Part shown: one piece after another, positions 1 through 13,530 of the stretch | Position numbering within the stretch: the first letter of the stretch is position 1 | Layout of the letters: each line of letters opens with the position of its first letter | Assembly (NCBI GenBank): GCA_951406725.2 | Contig: OX597816.1 | Location: 103,664,001 to 103,728,000, forward strand | DNA from: Octopus vulgaris | Lineage: Eukaryota | Direction of reading: 5' to 3' | DNA: 64,000 nt | Made by a program: the position numbers and the translations under genes | The notes under the pieces: model-generated | The model's input: the letters and a program-made list of their open reading frames with translations, nothing else | Told to the model about the DNA's origin: nothing | Databases searched by the model: none

Positions 1-699
1 CTATTTTGGTTATACAGTCTTGAAGAGGTTATATTACATTGAGTTTTTATTTAATTGTTAATTTTTCTTTCACTACACTAGACATTGATTGTATTGGATA
101 ATGTTTAAACTACAGTGTACCTCTTTCTGCACCTTCTTTCCTCTGATCATATGTTTACAATGGAGTTTAGTCGAAACTAAGGCTAAAAGGCTGTAAACTT
201 ACCTTTAATGTGAAATTGCTTCAATAAAATCCTGAATTTAGAGCTCATTTGAATTCCAAGTAAATATCCTCTTGAAAACTATTAATTGCCTTTGGTCTGC
301 CTATTCTTCTAATTCTGAACATTCACTGTGACTTACATACATGTGTGTGTGCAGACAGACACACATACAGATACATGCACACATGCACACAAAACACACA
401 CATGTAAGGTAAGTGCATGTGTAGTTATGTATGTATGTATGTATGTGCACGTGTTGAATAAAAGTAAAATGGTATGATGATACGATACGTAAGATTTTAT
501 TTCTTTTAACTAGTTTGTGCAAATTCAGTGCACCTGCAGTTCAGTGATTACTTTCATCTTTATAGTAATCATAGTATGTAATTTGCTTGATAAATCTCAG
601 ATGCCAAACACAATTTATGTAAACATATTATTAGCTTGATGTAAATGTTAATGTCTTTCACTGAAGTGCATGCACACACACACATTAGAACCATACAAA

Positions 700-2640
700 C
701 TTTTCAAGCTGAGAGGTATATGGTTCTGATGAAGACAAATATCAGCTTTATGTGTAACTAAAGATATTATTTGGAAAATTCCAGTTGGAGATAATATAAC
801 AATCCATTGGGACTTCAATGCACGAGTAAGTAAAAACTTTGAAATATGGAGCTGTTTAGAACATCATGTGATGAAGCATAGTCAAATTCCAATAGTCTAT
901 TTTTGCCACAAATGTATGTGCACAATCTTAAAAATGGAAATGCTCTTGATACTTTTAGTATTCCAACAGAAATGATCAGATTATGGGGAAGGAAGTGTCT
1001 GGAGCTTCTGCACATTCTTATATATAATCTGTGGGAAAAAGATACAATTCTTCAAGAGAAGAAGAAGGTGTTACTGAACATGTTACATGAAGGGAAAAGT
1101 GGCAAAGGCATATGCAACAATTTGTTAGGTATTTCTCTCCTCTGTGTTGTAGGGAAAATATTGAGTAGAATTAGGTTCATTCTACATGTTGTGATATCCC
1201 TTCTACTAAATCTCAAGAAGGTTTTCACTCTGGATGAAGAGCTTTTTATATGATATTCTCCACTTGTCACCTGAGAGAAAAATGCATGCATTGAACAGAG
1301 ACTTGATCTCTATCACTGCTTTATTGACCTCATCAAGGCCTCCTTGATTCAAGGAAAACATGATACATTATGGGTAATACTTAGACAAAGTCAGTTGTCC
1401 AGTTAAATTCACAAATATTATGAAGTCCTTTCATGATGACTAAAGAGCATGTGTTGCAATGGCAGTGAATGTTAAGACTCTTTTTCAACCTGTGGTGGTC
1501 TGAAATGGGTTGTATAACTACTCCTGTGCTATTGGTAATATATTTCACAATTGCTTTTTCACTTGAAACACTTCAAGAATATTTGTATATGTTACGGCAT
1601 AAGTGCTAAATTTCTCATCCTCAGACAGCTCAGTTGTTAATTACACCCTTCTGTATCTTTGATAAAATATTTCTTGCACCCTGACGATTATGATATTTTC
1701 TCACAATGAAAAATACTTTTAAACTCTCATTGGACATTGTTCGATCTAATATATTACATTAGCTTGTAAGATATTAAGCCTAACAATGACTGTATTGATG
1801 AAAATGTTCGTTCTTTATGAGATCTGCTGTGGAAAACCTTGTATGAGTCCTGATATAACACATAAAGTATATAACTACAAAATACAACTTTGAAAGCCAT
1901 CTTCCTTCAAATATCATAGCTGTATGTTAAATATAGATGAATATCCTGTTGATGAAATTACAAGTAGAATCTAGGAATAGCTGGTTATCATTTGGAAAAT
2001 TGCAATATTTTCTATGGTCTCAATATTATATACAAAATGACACTGAAGTATCTATCTTCAAAGAACATTTTGTCTATTTTTATTTCTTGTATTGCTGTGA
2101 AACATGGATATAGATATTATTTTTAAAGCCTGTTCATCATTTGGAACATTTTCAGCAAAGCGTTTTCAATAAACTTTGCATATATCTTGGAGAGATATTA
2201 TGTGACTGATGTTGGTGTTTGGAGATAGCAAATATTGCAAGAAAGAAGCTCTCTTGCAAAATAACAGACTGAAGTATTCAAGCTATGTAGTTTGGAAGAT
2301 TGAAGAATTCCAAAGCCTTTTCTCTATAGAGAACTATATTTTTGGGGAAATACCTTTTTTTTTTACAAATCAATGTTAAGATACAGGACTACCTTAAATC
2401 AGATTTGCAGAAAAGCAATATTTATATGGAAGTTTGGGAGGCTATTGCATCTAAATAGACTCATGGAGAAAATTATAATCAATGTGTTCTTGCATTTTGA
2501 AAAGAAGCACCTTAAACATGCGAAATTAACAAGATGAAAGGTAACTCCATAGATAGCAATAAACCCTTCAAATATTTATGTTGTGGACAGATTTCTCTAT
2601 CTAAGGCTGTTCATGTTAGCCACTCACAAGTACATTAATC
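700..2640 (+). mobile_element. Degraded RTE (BovB-like) LINE with internal deletion: APE endonuclease piece joined to RT and C-terminus
   Basis: DFNARVSKNFEIW at ~810-850 (APE GDFNARVG motif). ORF 903-1253 LKNGNALDTFSIPTEM...GKSGKGICNNLLGISLLCVVGKILSRI matches RTE K.GKAPG.DGIPAE...NYRGISLLS..GKILARI. Followed by ESQEGF, FIDLIKA and KSFHDD-like remnants with many stops and frameshifts. Confidence 0.85.
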
Positions 2641-2899
2641 AAAGTAATAGTAGTAGTATCGGGACATATGCTGTAATACCATGTCGCTGCATCCACCATT
2701 TGTTGATAATTCTTTTCTCTTGGTAGATGACATCTTTGCACCACCCTGGCAACAGCCCTGTATGGGTCTAGTTGTTGCTGGTAAGGGTTTTATTAGGTCA
2801 GAGTGCAAACCCTACCTCAACCTCTTTTAGTCATATTTTATGACATGCAGAGGAAATGTTGGGTGCATTTGTTAGCATGCCAATCTTCACACAACACTC

Positions 2900-3000
2900 G
2901 AGAAATGTGAAGTGAAGTTTTTTGCTCAAGAACACATGTCATCCAGTCTGAGAAGTGAACCCATGACCTGGTAATTGTGAGTGGAACACCCTGAACCAAG
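2900..3000 (-). mobile_element. Degraded fragment of SINE family C (CORE-like)
   Basis: gaagttttttgctcaagaacac is the reverse complement of the gtgttcttgagcaaaacacttc block in the intact copy at 58310. Confidence 0.5.
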
Positions 3001-3619
3001 AAAGCTAATAAATCTCTGTTGCTTGAAAAAGCTTATGTCTATCAATTATGCAATAAATGCTATTTTCCTACCAGTGAAAAGACACATGCCTGTACACAAT
3101 GCCAAATGTAATGATTCCATATTGCATTTAAATGAGAAGAGATAGCTGTGATAAAAGCTGCAAATCATCAGCTGTGTTAAAATGTCATCTTCATTAAGAA
3201 GTAGTAGTCACACTCAATATTGAGTCAATTCCCATAAAAAAAATGTATGTATGTATGTATGTATGTATGTATGTATGTATGAGTGTGTGTGTGTATTTGT
3301 TTATAAATATTTAGATATATGTGTGTGTGTATGCATGTATATATGTATGTTGCTAAGTAGATATGTGTGCATGTGCATCTCATCTTGACATCGCTTGCTA
3401 GTTTGAAAATATCATACAAGCAGTGTCATTCAACTGCAATCATCTGTAAAAACATGTTTTGCCATGGTGCTGTTCATGTTCAAAGTGCTTGGGGGAATAT
3501 TTCTCTAGAAAGCAAGTGAAGGTTAACTACTGAGACAGCATTAGGTCATAGAAAATCTGCCTCAACAAATTCCATCTGACCCATGCAAGAATAAAACAGT
3601 GAATGTTAAAATGTTGACC

Positions 3620-3940
3620 AAGATACCTGATGCCTTGCTGTACTCAAGATGACCCATCCTCCATAGCAGAAGTGTTACAGCCACTTTCTCTGGGGAAGAG
3701 GATTGATCTGCAAGAATCCTGTGCTGGTGCCACATAAAATGTACTCGTGCTGGGCCCATGTGACAGTGTTCATGCCAGTGCCATGTTAAAAGTATCCAGT
3801 ACTCACTGTAGAGTGGTTGGTATTAGGAAGGGCATCTAGCTATAGAAACAAAGCTAAATCAAACTGGAACATGGTGCAGCTTGTCAGCGCTGGTCAGACT
3901 GTCCAACCCAGCATAGAAAACATGTTAAAGGATGATGATA
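3620..3940 (+). mobile_element. 5'-truncated RTE LINE 3' end (3' UTR with 26-bp repeats, (GAT)n tail)
   Basis: ggaagggcatctagctatagaaac...ccaacccagcatagaaaacatgttaaaggatgatgat; same tail as the copies at 6182, 9905 and 31818. Confidence 0.65.
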
Positions 3941-3947
3941 GTATATA

Positions 3948-4349
3948 TACTCTTTACTCTTTTTTCTCTTTTACTTGTTTCAGTCATTTGACTGCAGCCA
4001 TGCTGGAGCACCACCTTTAGTCGAGCAAATCGATCCCGGGACTTATTCTTTATAAGCCCAGTACTTATTCTATCGGTCTCTTTTTGCCGAACCGCTAAGT
4101 AACGGGGACGTAAACACACACCAGCATCGGTGCTAGGGGGACAAACACAGACACACAAACACACACACATACATACATACATATACATATATACGACAGG
4201 CTTCTTTCAGTTTCCGTCTACCAAATCCACTCACAAGGCATTGGTCGGCCCGGGGCTATAGCAGAAGACACTTGCCCAAGATGCCACGCAGTGGGATTGA
4301 ACCCAGAACCATGTGGTTGGTTAGCAAGCCACTTACCACACAGCCACTC
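3948..4349 (-). mobile_element. SINE family A (tRNA-like head, CORE-like block, internal microsatellite), near full length
   Basis: Reverse complement starts gagtggctgtgtggtaag (A box)...gggttcaatccc (B box)...cttgggcaagtgtctt and ends in a gaaacaagtaaaagag tail. Many copies occur in the window. Confidence 0.9.
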
Positions 4350-4365
4350 ATAAATATATAATGCA

Positions 4366-4433
4366 TTTTTGGTAATCTACCTTTAACTCTCATCCCACAT
4401 TCCAGATGAGAGCTAAGGGTAGATTACCAAAAA
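4366..4433. other. Near-perfect 29-bp hairpin with 10-nt loop
   Basis: tttttggtaatctacctttaactctcatc-ccacattcca-gatgagagctaagggtagattaccaaaaa; one A.C mismatch and one U.G wobble on the + strand. Confidence 0.85.
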
Positions 4434-4514
4434 ACACACCATTGAAAGGAACCAGCTTTGGCATTTTACTTAGAGAAATTCACTAGCTGCCTGGATTTCA
4501 TATCCCTTCTCTTG

Positions 4515-4558
<44 letters not shown>

Positions 4559-4561
4559 ATA

Positions 4562-4926
4562 TTCTTTTATTTGTTTCAGTCATTTGACTGCAGCCATACT
4601 GGAGCATCACCTTGAAGGGTTTTAGTCAAACAAATCAACCCCAGGGCTTATTCTTTGTAAGCCTAGTACTTATTCTAATGGTCACTTTTGTTGAACCGCT
4701 AAGTTATGGGGACATAAACACACCAGCTTTGGTTGTCAAGTGAAGATGGGAGGACAAATGCAGATACACGCACACTTATTTCTTTCAGTTTCCATCTACC
4801 ACATTTACTCAAAACGCTTTGATTGGCCTGAGGCTATAGTAGAAGACACTTGCTCCAGGTGCCACACAGTGGGACTTAACCCGGAACCATGTGGTTGGGA
4901 AGCAAGCTTCTTGCCTCACAGCCATG
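4562..4926 (-). mobile_element. SINE family A copy
   Basis: Collinear with 3948-4349 from tail (ttgtttcagtcatttgactgcagcc) to head (ggaaccatgtggttgggaagcaagcttc...cacagcca). Confidence 0.88.
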
Positions 4927-5260
4927 ATACGTTTGCGATTATGCATTTGGATATGTATATATGTGTGCGCGCATGTGTGTGTACATATATATGTGTGTGC
5001 ATGTATTTTCATGACTGTGTAAATATGCATGTACACATTATTCAAATAGATGTTTCATTTGAATCTTTAGATTCTTTTTCAAACTTGTTGCCAAGAATTG
5101 GCTTAGAAGTTTGAATATTAACATAGGATTTGAGAGCAGATGTTGTTTATGTTAGCATATGTCTTCCAATGCTAATCAAGCATTATTTTTAATTTGGTAT
5201 ACTTAGGGAACCATAACATGGATTGCCTAAGGAAACAACAGAGTGCTTGTGACAGTTTAA

Positions 5261-5481
5261 CCCTTTAGCATTTAAACCGGCCATATCCGGCCAAAAGTAT
5301 CCAGCCTGTTTTATGTTCAAACTGGCCAGATCTGGTCTCTCAGACCAACCCTACAATATTGTTTTAAAAATTAACAGCTACCTCATAAGAATCTCAAAGC
5401 TACAAGATAATGCATGATTAGTTCAAAACAATGTGGATGAAGAAGCATTAATTTTGGCAGAATAATGTGAACACTAAAGGG
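5261..5481. mobile_element. piggyBac-type MITE (221 bp)
   Basis: TTAA at 5257-5260 and 5482-5485; termini CCCTTTAGcattta / tgaacaCTAAAGGG; no ORF. Confidence 0.85.
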
Positions 5482-6181
5482 TTAAATCCCCATCTTGATA
5501 ATCCCAAATTCAATGTCTGAAACAAAAACATTTTTCTGGGACAATTACAACACAGAGAAGTGTGTCTGGTGAATGATTCATGGTGCAGATGTAAAACTCA
5601 CATGTTAATAAAATTTGGAGTTGAAGCATTTAATGATATATATAAATGAGAAAGATGTGAGCTACAAGTATGATTAAAGAATCAAATTCTTTCGTGACAG
5701 ATCCTGCAATTTCAATTTAACTTTTCTTCATTTGCTCATTCATAATGTTAAGAACTTTTCTTTGGACTTATCAACTTTTTCAATGACTTGAATTTTAAAT
5801 GAAGTACTATAATTGGAAAAAAATCTTAAAAACTAATATGTGGTCTTTTTATCCACAAAGAAAAATCATAAGAGTCACTGGTGTTAATAAAGCTGAGCTT
5901 ACTTTCTGAGGGTATAGCATTGAGTGAATGAAATATTTCTTAATCTGAACAAGCTGACAGTTTGTTGTAGTTATTCCCAGATTCTCTACCACTGATTTTC
6001 TACAGTTTGTGAACGTGATTTAAAGCACATTCAATTTAGATATATTAATCAAAGGTATGGTGAAGCATCTGTGGTCGATACACTCATGTTATGCGTATGA
6101 ACTGGTTGCCCAGAAACTTGTCCCCTCACCTGTTTAGTTTCAACTTATTTCTCAGGTACTCTTTTATATTTTTTGCTAACT

Positions 6182-6625
6182 CATCATCATTGTTTAATGC
6201 CTGCTTACCATGCTGGCATGGGTTAGACAATTTGACAGGAGCCAGCCAGCTGGAGAGCTGTCGAGGCTCCAATTGTTTGTTTGGCTTGGTTTCTATGACT
6301 AGATGCCCTTTCTAATGCCAACTACTCTACAGAGTATGTTGGATGCCGTTTACTTGCTACCAGTATGGGTGCATTTACGTGGCACCAACACAAATACACT
6401 TTATATGGCACAGGCATAAGTGTTCTTTATGTGGCACTTGCATGAGTACATTTTACATGGCACTGGCACCTGCAAAACAAAGATCTCTCAGCTGAGAGAG
6501 GGAGTGAGGGCATATGTATTGCCTCTATGTATTGATGGTCATGATTACACTTAGCTTGATATGCCTTTCAAGTACAATGATCACCACAAGTTTTGGTCTT
6601 ATGTCATCTCCCCAGTGAGGTGCAG
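6182..6625 (-). mobile_element. 5'-truncated RTE LINE 3' end with 26-bp VNTR in its 3' UTR
   Basis: (CAT)n tail, ccatgctggcatgggtt, tandem tttacatggcac units at ~6350-6470, then a minus-strand ORF-end remnant LHLTGEMT*DQNLW. Confidence 0.7.
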
Positions 6626-7799
6626 AAATCCTTTTTACTTCAACTTAACCTGCTGGGAATTGCATAATTATGATAAGTTAGAAATAAAGCTAGCCTGTAC
6701 TGATGTTCTCTGTGGTTGGAACAGAGATAGAGGAAGCATTGTCACCAGGAATTTGAGGAGGATGGAAAATGTTAGCAAAGATGCTACCTCTGTTAGCAAC
6801 AAATGGTTTACATCCATTTAAATATGACGGTATGTAAAGCAAATATTTGAAGTGTGATGTTATATAGTAGTGAAACTTGACAGCTGAATTCAAAATATCT
6901 AAAGAGATTAGAATGAAATAACCTAAGTATAATCTTTCAGATATGCAGTCTTAAATATGAGAAAAGCTCAAAAGAAGGGAGTTGAGAATAGTATCACTGC
7001 TATGGGTATGTGTGCACTTCAGTTGCAGCATATTATTTCGGGTGATGAAAACATTTAATGATTAGTTTGTTAAAAAACTTTTCTTATAATTTCAATGATC
7101 CTGAGTTTTTTCTTTAAATAATGTCAAAATATTTGAGGTTAGAAAAATTATGAAAAATGTTTCTCTATTGGATACGCATATTTCTTAGACTGACTGTACA
7201 TTCTAGTTAGTAGTAGACCTGTCATTTTGTACTTTTGGAGCTCTCCATGGCATTCAAAATATTTTGTAGTTTTATTGCAAATAGTAAAGCTATCCATGAC
7301 TTGGTGCTAACAACATTTCTGGTTTCATCTTCTGATATTCCAAAAATACTATTCAAAGATTGGTGCATTCTTTTCTATATATTACTTTGTATTTTCATAG
7401 TTAAAATTGCATAGTTTGCCCTAGTTAATTTTTAATCAGTAGTCTTACATCTCTGTTTTTATGGAATGCTGGGTTATGTCTGGTAAAGCATATAAATTGA
7501 CAATAATAGGGATTTTAATAGCCTTGTGCATTGGTGGAAAGATCCTTTGAATTCTTGACCTCTGTTTCTTTTTTTTTGTATGTGGAAGAAGTGTCTAAAT
7601 TTATCATCAAGTGTCATTTAATAGTACATAGTATAGTGTTATAAGAGCATAATCTTTATAACCTTGTCTGGAAACAAAAGTTTGTAAGTTCAAACCTAGC
7701 CTGTGCCTTTGTACACACACACACACATGTACAGTACCTGATGACTACATAATTGAAATCTATTTTTATACCAAAATGAAAAACAGCAAAGATGTGTTG

Positions 7800-8017
7800 G
7801 TAGTGGTGGCTTCTATACAGTCATTCAAGCTGCTAGAAATTGCAGTCAGTGAAGCCAAGCCATCCTCAAATTGCACTCTGTGTTTTAAGATAAGAAAAAG
7901 AAGGAAGTACATATTGGATATGTCTTTTAAAAAATGGGATAATTACCAACAGAATGTCTTTGGTCATAGGGTTTATTCAGTCATGGCTGACCCGGGTCTA
8001 TGCAGCAGTAACAGCAA
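7800..8017 (+). repeat. Interspersed repeat family E (unclassified, ~200 bp, (AAC)n-like tail)
   Basis: ctgctagaaattgcag...cctcaaattgcac...gtctttggtcatagggtttattc...gctgacccgggtct. Related copies at ~13235, 15515, 28040, 36025(-), 44740(-), 46460, 51430, 53125, 53510, 54026(-), 56845(-) and 58605. Confidence 0.65.
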
Positions 8018-9448
8018 CTATAGAGTAATAAAAGCAAATGATGAGTTTAAAAATCTGATGAGTGTTACCATAACTCAACTTAGGCACATTGGAATTTTAA
8101 GTATTAATAATATGTTGACAGTAATGATAAAATATTTGGAATTAAGTGAACAGAAATTCCCCGGAAAATATGTAATATGGTAACAACTGAAGGGACAAAC
8201 CTTTAGCATTTTGTAACAGAATAAAGCAGTAATATAGCACCTTTTTTTCCCAGTGTTTTTTCTATGCTGTACAAAGCTACTGTTATTCAAAGAAGGTAGG
8301 TAATGTGAAATAGCTATGCAAAAATCCATAAAATTAAGGTTGAATTTTTTCATGGCTAATATAAACATGATTCTGATGAATAAAAAGAAACCATATGGCA
8401 TTGTATTCTTCCACCTGAATATCTTAATGACTTCTTAGGTTAAAACATTTTACTAAATTCTCATTTTTTTTGTATTATTTTTTTTTAGCATTGCTGATAT
8501 ATTTGAGTGTTTCCTCTGAAAAGTACTATTTTGACTGGATGTCAGCCAAAAATGTAAAGGTAGTTTATTGAAAGAATAGTGATGTGTGGGTGTGATACAA
8601 ATATGCTGTTCTTTACTGGAAACTTCAGTTTATAAAAGAGGAGAGAGTGAGTGAGAAATTGAGAAAGAGAGAGAGAGAGGGGGAGAGGGAGAGAGAATAG
8701 AGAAAATGAGAAAGGTCACATGTTCTTTAACAGGCAAGCTGTTTAAAGATCCTTATGGAATTTGAGGAAAGTCTTGTATGATTAGATTAAATATTGTTTC
8801 TATTGTATTATAAATATTTAAGAATCCATGTAAATTCAATGTCAACCAAAACAGAACTGGTTGGTATTATGTGCAAGGAAATAACTAAATCTCTTCTTTA
8901 TTTTTGTGATTGCTTTTCCACTATTTTACACATGCTCTTTTAGATTTGGATTTAGTAAATCTTCTTGCTAAACAAATCTTAGCTAAATTTTACATCACTT
9001 TGCTCCAATTCCTAAATCCTACCAAACCATCATAGTTTTCACAAGCTGCTAGTATTAACTCTTTCATATGATGGAACTTTTATGATATTTGGTTTGAATA
9101 GCACACTACCTTCCATCAACTAATAACTCATAAAAATCGACAAAGGACATGGCACTTGTCCAAAGAAAGTATATGGTATATATTTCAAGAAGAATGAAGA
9201 TGTTCACAGCTATGTCCTTCTTTGTTCTGAGTTCAAATGCTACTAGGGTTATTTCTTGTCTTTCATGCCTGTTTTACTCAATAAAATATTTACTAGTATC
9301 TTAGAATACGGTTCAGTTAACTATATAGCCTACTTTGCAATTTCCTTGTTATGTTCCAAAGTTATAAATCAATATTTTAAAGTAAGTATTGAAAATTTTC
9401 AGTTGTTCTTTATTACATACACAGATGTACATATGTATAATGTAAATG

Positions 9449-9512
9449 TATGTGTGTGAGTGAGTGAGTGTATGTATGTATGTATGTATGAATGTATGTA
9501 TGCATGCATGCA

Positions 9513-9568
<56 letters not shown>

Positions 9569-9592
9569 AATGTGTGCATGTGTGTGTGTGTG
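9449..9592. repeat. Compound (TG)/(TATG)/(TA) microsatellite
   Basis: Directly visible; the source of several spurious ORFs. Confidence 0.95.
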
Positions 9593-9760
9593 TAGATCAA
9601 AACCGTTTGATTCAAATTCGTTGGTATTCTCGAGTTTCAAGTGTGATGCTAGTCAGCCATTTTGAATTTTTGAATTCAAATTCTTTGACTGAAGACTAGC
9701 ATCACACTTGAAACTTAAGTGTACCAACCGAATTTGGATCAAACTGTTTTGATCCATACA
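9588..9760. mobile_element. Foldback/MITE-like inverted repeat (~60-bp arms, ~39-bp spacer)
   Basis: gatcaaaaccgtttgattcaaattcgttggtattctcgagtttcaagtgtgatgctagtc (9595-9654) pairs with gactagcatcacacttgaaacttaagtgtaccaaccgaatttggatcaaactgttttgatc (9694-9754). Superfamily unclear. Confidence 0.7.
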
Positions 9761-9806
9761 TGTAAAGCCCAATAAATTTGTTGAGTGCCCTTCTTTCATT
9801 TATCTA

Positions 9807-10091
<285 letters not shown>

Positions 10092-10122
10092 TATGTACAC
10101 ACACACACACATATATATATAT

Positions 10123-10284
10123 ATGGGCTTCTTTCAGTTTCCATCTACCAAATTCACTCCACAAGGCTTTGGTTGGCCTGAGGCTATAGTAGGATACACT
10201 TGCCCCAAGTGCCTTGCAGTGGGACTGAACCTGGAACCATGTGTTTGGAAAGCAAGCTTCTTACCACACAGCCACTCTTGCGCT
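10123..10284 (-). mobile_element. SINE family A, 5' half
   Basis: gggcttctttcagtttccatctacc...gtgggactgaacctggaaccatg...cacacagccactcttgcgc. Confidence 0.85.
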
Positions 10285-11489
10285 TATGTATTCACACACA
10301 CTCACACACACACATATATATGTATATGATACTGTAGTGTCAAATGAAAGTACGAGCACTCATGGAAGAGAATATATCTACATAACACACACTGTGAAAT
10401 ACGCAAGTTTTCCCCAGATTTTCATGTTAAACATCACCATGTGAAATTCAAATTTAGAAAATTGGCTGATACAATCTTCAGGCACTTATGCATTGTTTAA
10501 TTAAAAAATCTGTGGTGGAAAGGTTTGTGTCTCTTATAACATACATGCTATAATTGGAACTTGAGTACTCTTTTTCACCACTTGTTGAATAAATAACAAC
10601 ATGAAGGTTATACACATTGAAGGTTATGAAGGTTATATACATTGGCCTTACAAGTTTAAAATTGAAATTGCTGTAGGCCTGCATTAGACAGAAGATGCTG
10701 AGCAATGTACCTATAGCCCACAATAGTATATATTGTTATTATTTTTGTCATCAACATTGTTTATATGCCTGCTTTCCTCCTACTGAGATCAATTGATTGA
10801 GACTAACTGGGGCAATATTCTATGATCAGACACCCTTCCTGTTTAGTCTGACATTTCAAGGGTAGCATAGAGGAAAATGTTTGTTTTCAAAATCTGGTTT
10901 CAGGCAACAAATTTCACGGCTATTGTAAGTTATAGCATGGAGAAGGAAGATTGGAATATGAGTTTATCAGTAAGCTTTTGTCTAAGAGTTGTTAACAGAT
11001 CAGAGATGAACCTAAGCAATGGGGGCTGTCATTGGTAGAATGAAAGGGTGTACAGGGGAAAAGTGAAAGGGACATTCTGTGGAAAATAAGCTGGTAAGGA
11101 ATGATACTCAGAATATACTAAACAAAGCAAGTGGATCTAGGGATGGAGAGTAGGAGTTGAAATATATTTGAATTCACCCTGATATAGTTATAACAGCTGA
11201 GTGAATGGTTCAATAGTCAGAAGAGTGGAGGATTGGATATTAGGAAGATGAGTTGTAGGAAAGAGATATATCAGGGACATAGCTGTAAATGATATGCTTT
11301 TAGGGCCTCATTTGTGCTGAGATGGATGGATTTTTTTCAATCACAGCAAATTGCTAATCATCTCAATCTTTTTTATGTCCTCCGTGATATTCATATGTGT
11401 GTGTGTATATATATGCATACATGCATGCATACATAAACACATACATACACACACACATTCATACATGTCCCTGTACAGTGGACTTACAC

Positions 11490-11632
11490 ACAGTTTCTGT
11501 CTTCTAAATTCACTCAAAAGGCATTGATTATCCTGAGACTATAATAGAAGACATGTTTCTCTAGGTACTGCTCTGTAGGACTGAAACCAAAGCCAGGTAG
11601 TTGCAAAGTGAGCTTTTTACCTACACAGCCAT
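11490..11632 (-). mobile_element. Diverged SINE family A 5' half
   Basis: cagtttctgtcttctaaattcactcaaaaggc...ctataatagaagaca...tacacagcca. Confidence 0.6.
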
Positions 11633-12660
11633 AGCTTAATTTTTAACGACTGATTAGGATGTTATATCTTTTTAGGTAAAGATATTGCAACACAGTTTTA
11701 CTTTTGTAAAATGAGTTAAAAATATCTGTTATTAAAATAACTTTTTCATTCCAACACATGGACCACTTAAATTAATGAAAGGAAATATTCTTTCAATTAA
11801 AATAAATAAATGAATAAATAAACAGGAAGTGTAAAAGAGCAAATTCCTTGCTTAATTTGTATTTGCTTAAATGATATTTCTTATTTTGATTATCAAATAG
11901 CTGACACAAATTATCCAACATCTTCTATATAAAAGCTTAATTATTTTCATTTGTAATTTTGTCAAGCAATTAAAAATTATTTGTCAATTAAAGTTAGTGA
12001 GATTTTGTGTTTAATTAAGTCTTTGATTAATGGGGGATTTTCTGATTCTATGCCTTTTTCCTCTTCTTAATTCTTTGGATTACTTCCTATAGATTGAACT
12101 TCTCACAGGACTTTCACTATTCACAAATCTTGCAGATGTTCACAAGTCAATTTTCATTATCAAGCATTAGACTGACATGCATTAAGCATGGCAATTTGAT
12201 TGAATTGAACAATAATTCGACAACTACTACATCTTTAAAGATTTGTTATAAATTTAGAAAGCTATTAGAATAGACAGTTTGCTAAATATATAATTTTTAA
12301 ATGACATTTGTATGTATGGATTGCAACAAAGTATCTTTTATAGGTTACATTAATTGCATAGAAGCAATGATTTCCTGGCATTAGCTAAGAGAATATTGTC
12401 TCCATGTGCCAACTGATTTACATCATGAATTGAAAACTGAAATTTTGCACTGCTAGCCACCATCATTGCAATAGCGAATGATACTTCACCTTTACATCAT
12501 CATCATCATCGTCATCTTCATCATCATAGAGTAAGTTTCAAAACTGTTACCCCCGCAAAAAAAAAAAATTAAATAATCTGATAACTTGATTTTATTGAGG
12601 AGCAACAATTTTTGATACATTTTTATTTCTAAAAAAATGGATAAATACAAGATTTCATAT

Positions 12661-12872
12661 TGGTTTCAAATTTTAGCACAAGGACAGAAATTTAGGGAAG
12701 GGGGAAGTTGTACATTGACCTCAGTGACCAACTGGTTCTTATTTTATCAATCCTGAAAGGATGAAAAGCAAAGCTGACCTTGGCAGAATTTGAACAAAGA
12801 ACATGAGGGCAGATGAATTGCTGCAAAGTATTTTGCCCATTTTGCTAATGATTCTGCCAGCTCACTGCCTTA
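12661..12872 (-). mobile_element. SINE family B (tRNA-like head plus GCCTTTCATCCTTTCGGGGTCGATAAA..AAGTACCAG central domain)
   Basis: ttttagcacaagg...actggttcttattttatcaatcctgaaaggatgaaaagcaaag...gaatttgaac...gattctgccagctcactgcctta; about 20 or more copies in the window. Confidence 0.8.
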
Positions 12873-13530
12873 TATACAAAATTTCATAGTAACATGTACT
12901 GAATGTCTTTTCAAAATCACAAATTTGACCGAATTATTAAACCACAACTTTATTTCCTTTCTGGATGTCCAGTTTTCAATGATTACTTAAATAATGTAAT
13001 TGTCTAATATAATATAATTATTCAATATAATTATTGGCATTATCTTCATCATCCTTATCATAGCTATTTATCAAGATTATTGTCTGAAAGGATCTTCTGT
13101 ATCAATTATTAATCACTGATATCTATCAATGCTAGCATAGGTTGGATATGTTTGTTACACATTTTTAAAAACATTTTTCTATTTCACTTTCCCTACATCA
13201 TTCCACATATCATTCTGGATACTTAACCAAAAACGGCTGCTAAAATAGCAGCCAAATTTCTCTCAAATCAGACCTGGCTGTCTTAAGACACATTGTATAC
13301 TGGAACACGTTAGTGAATGTGTTCTTCCTTTCCTAAGATTATATGATGCTATTTATTGCAAATGATGTGACCATGTACAGACCCCATCAGTGAATCATGA
13401 AATGATGTTGGGTATTTTATGTTATGGCTTAGTTAGAAGAGGATGGAAAACACCCATGATTTATTTTTTTATGGAGTCCTATATAACTAGTGGAGTAAAA
13501 GGAATAGAAGAACAGGACTTGTTATATGCT

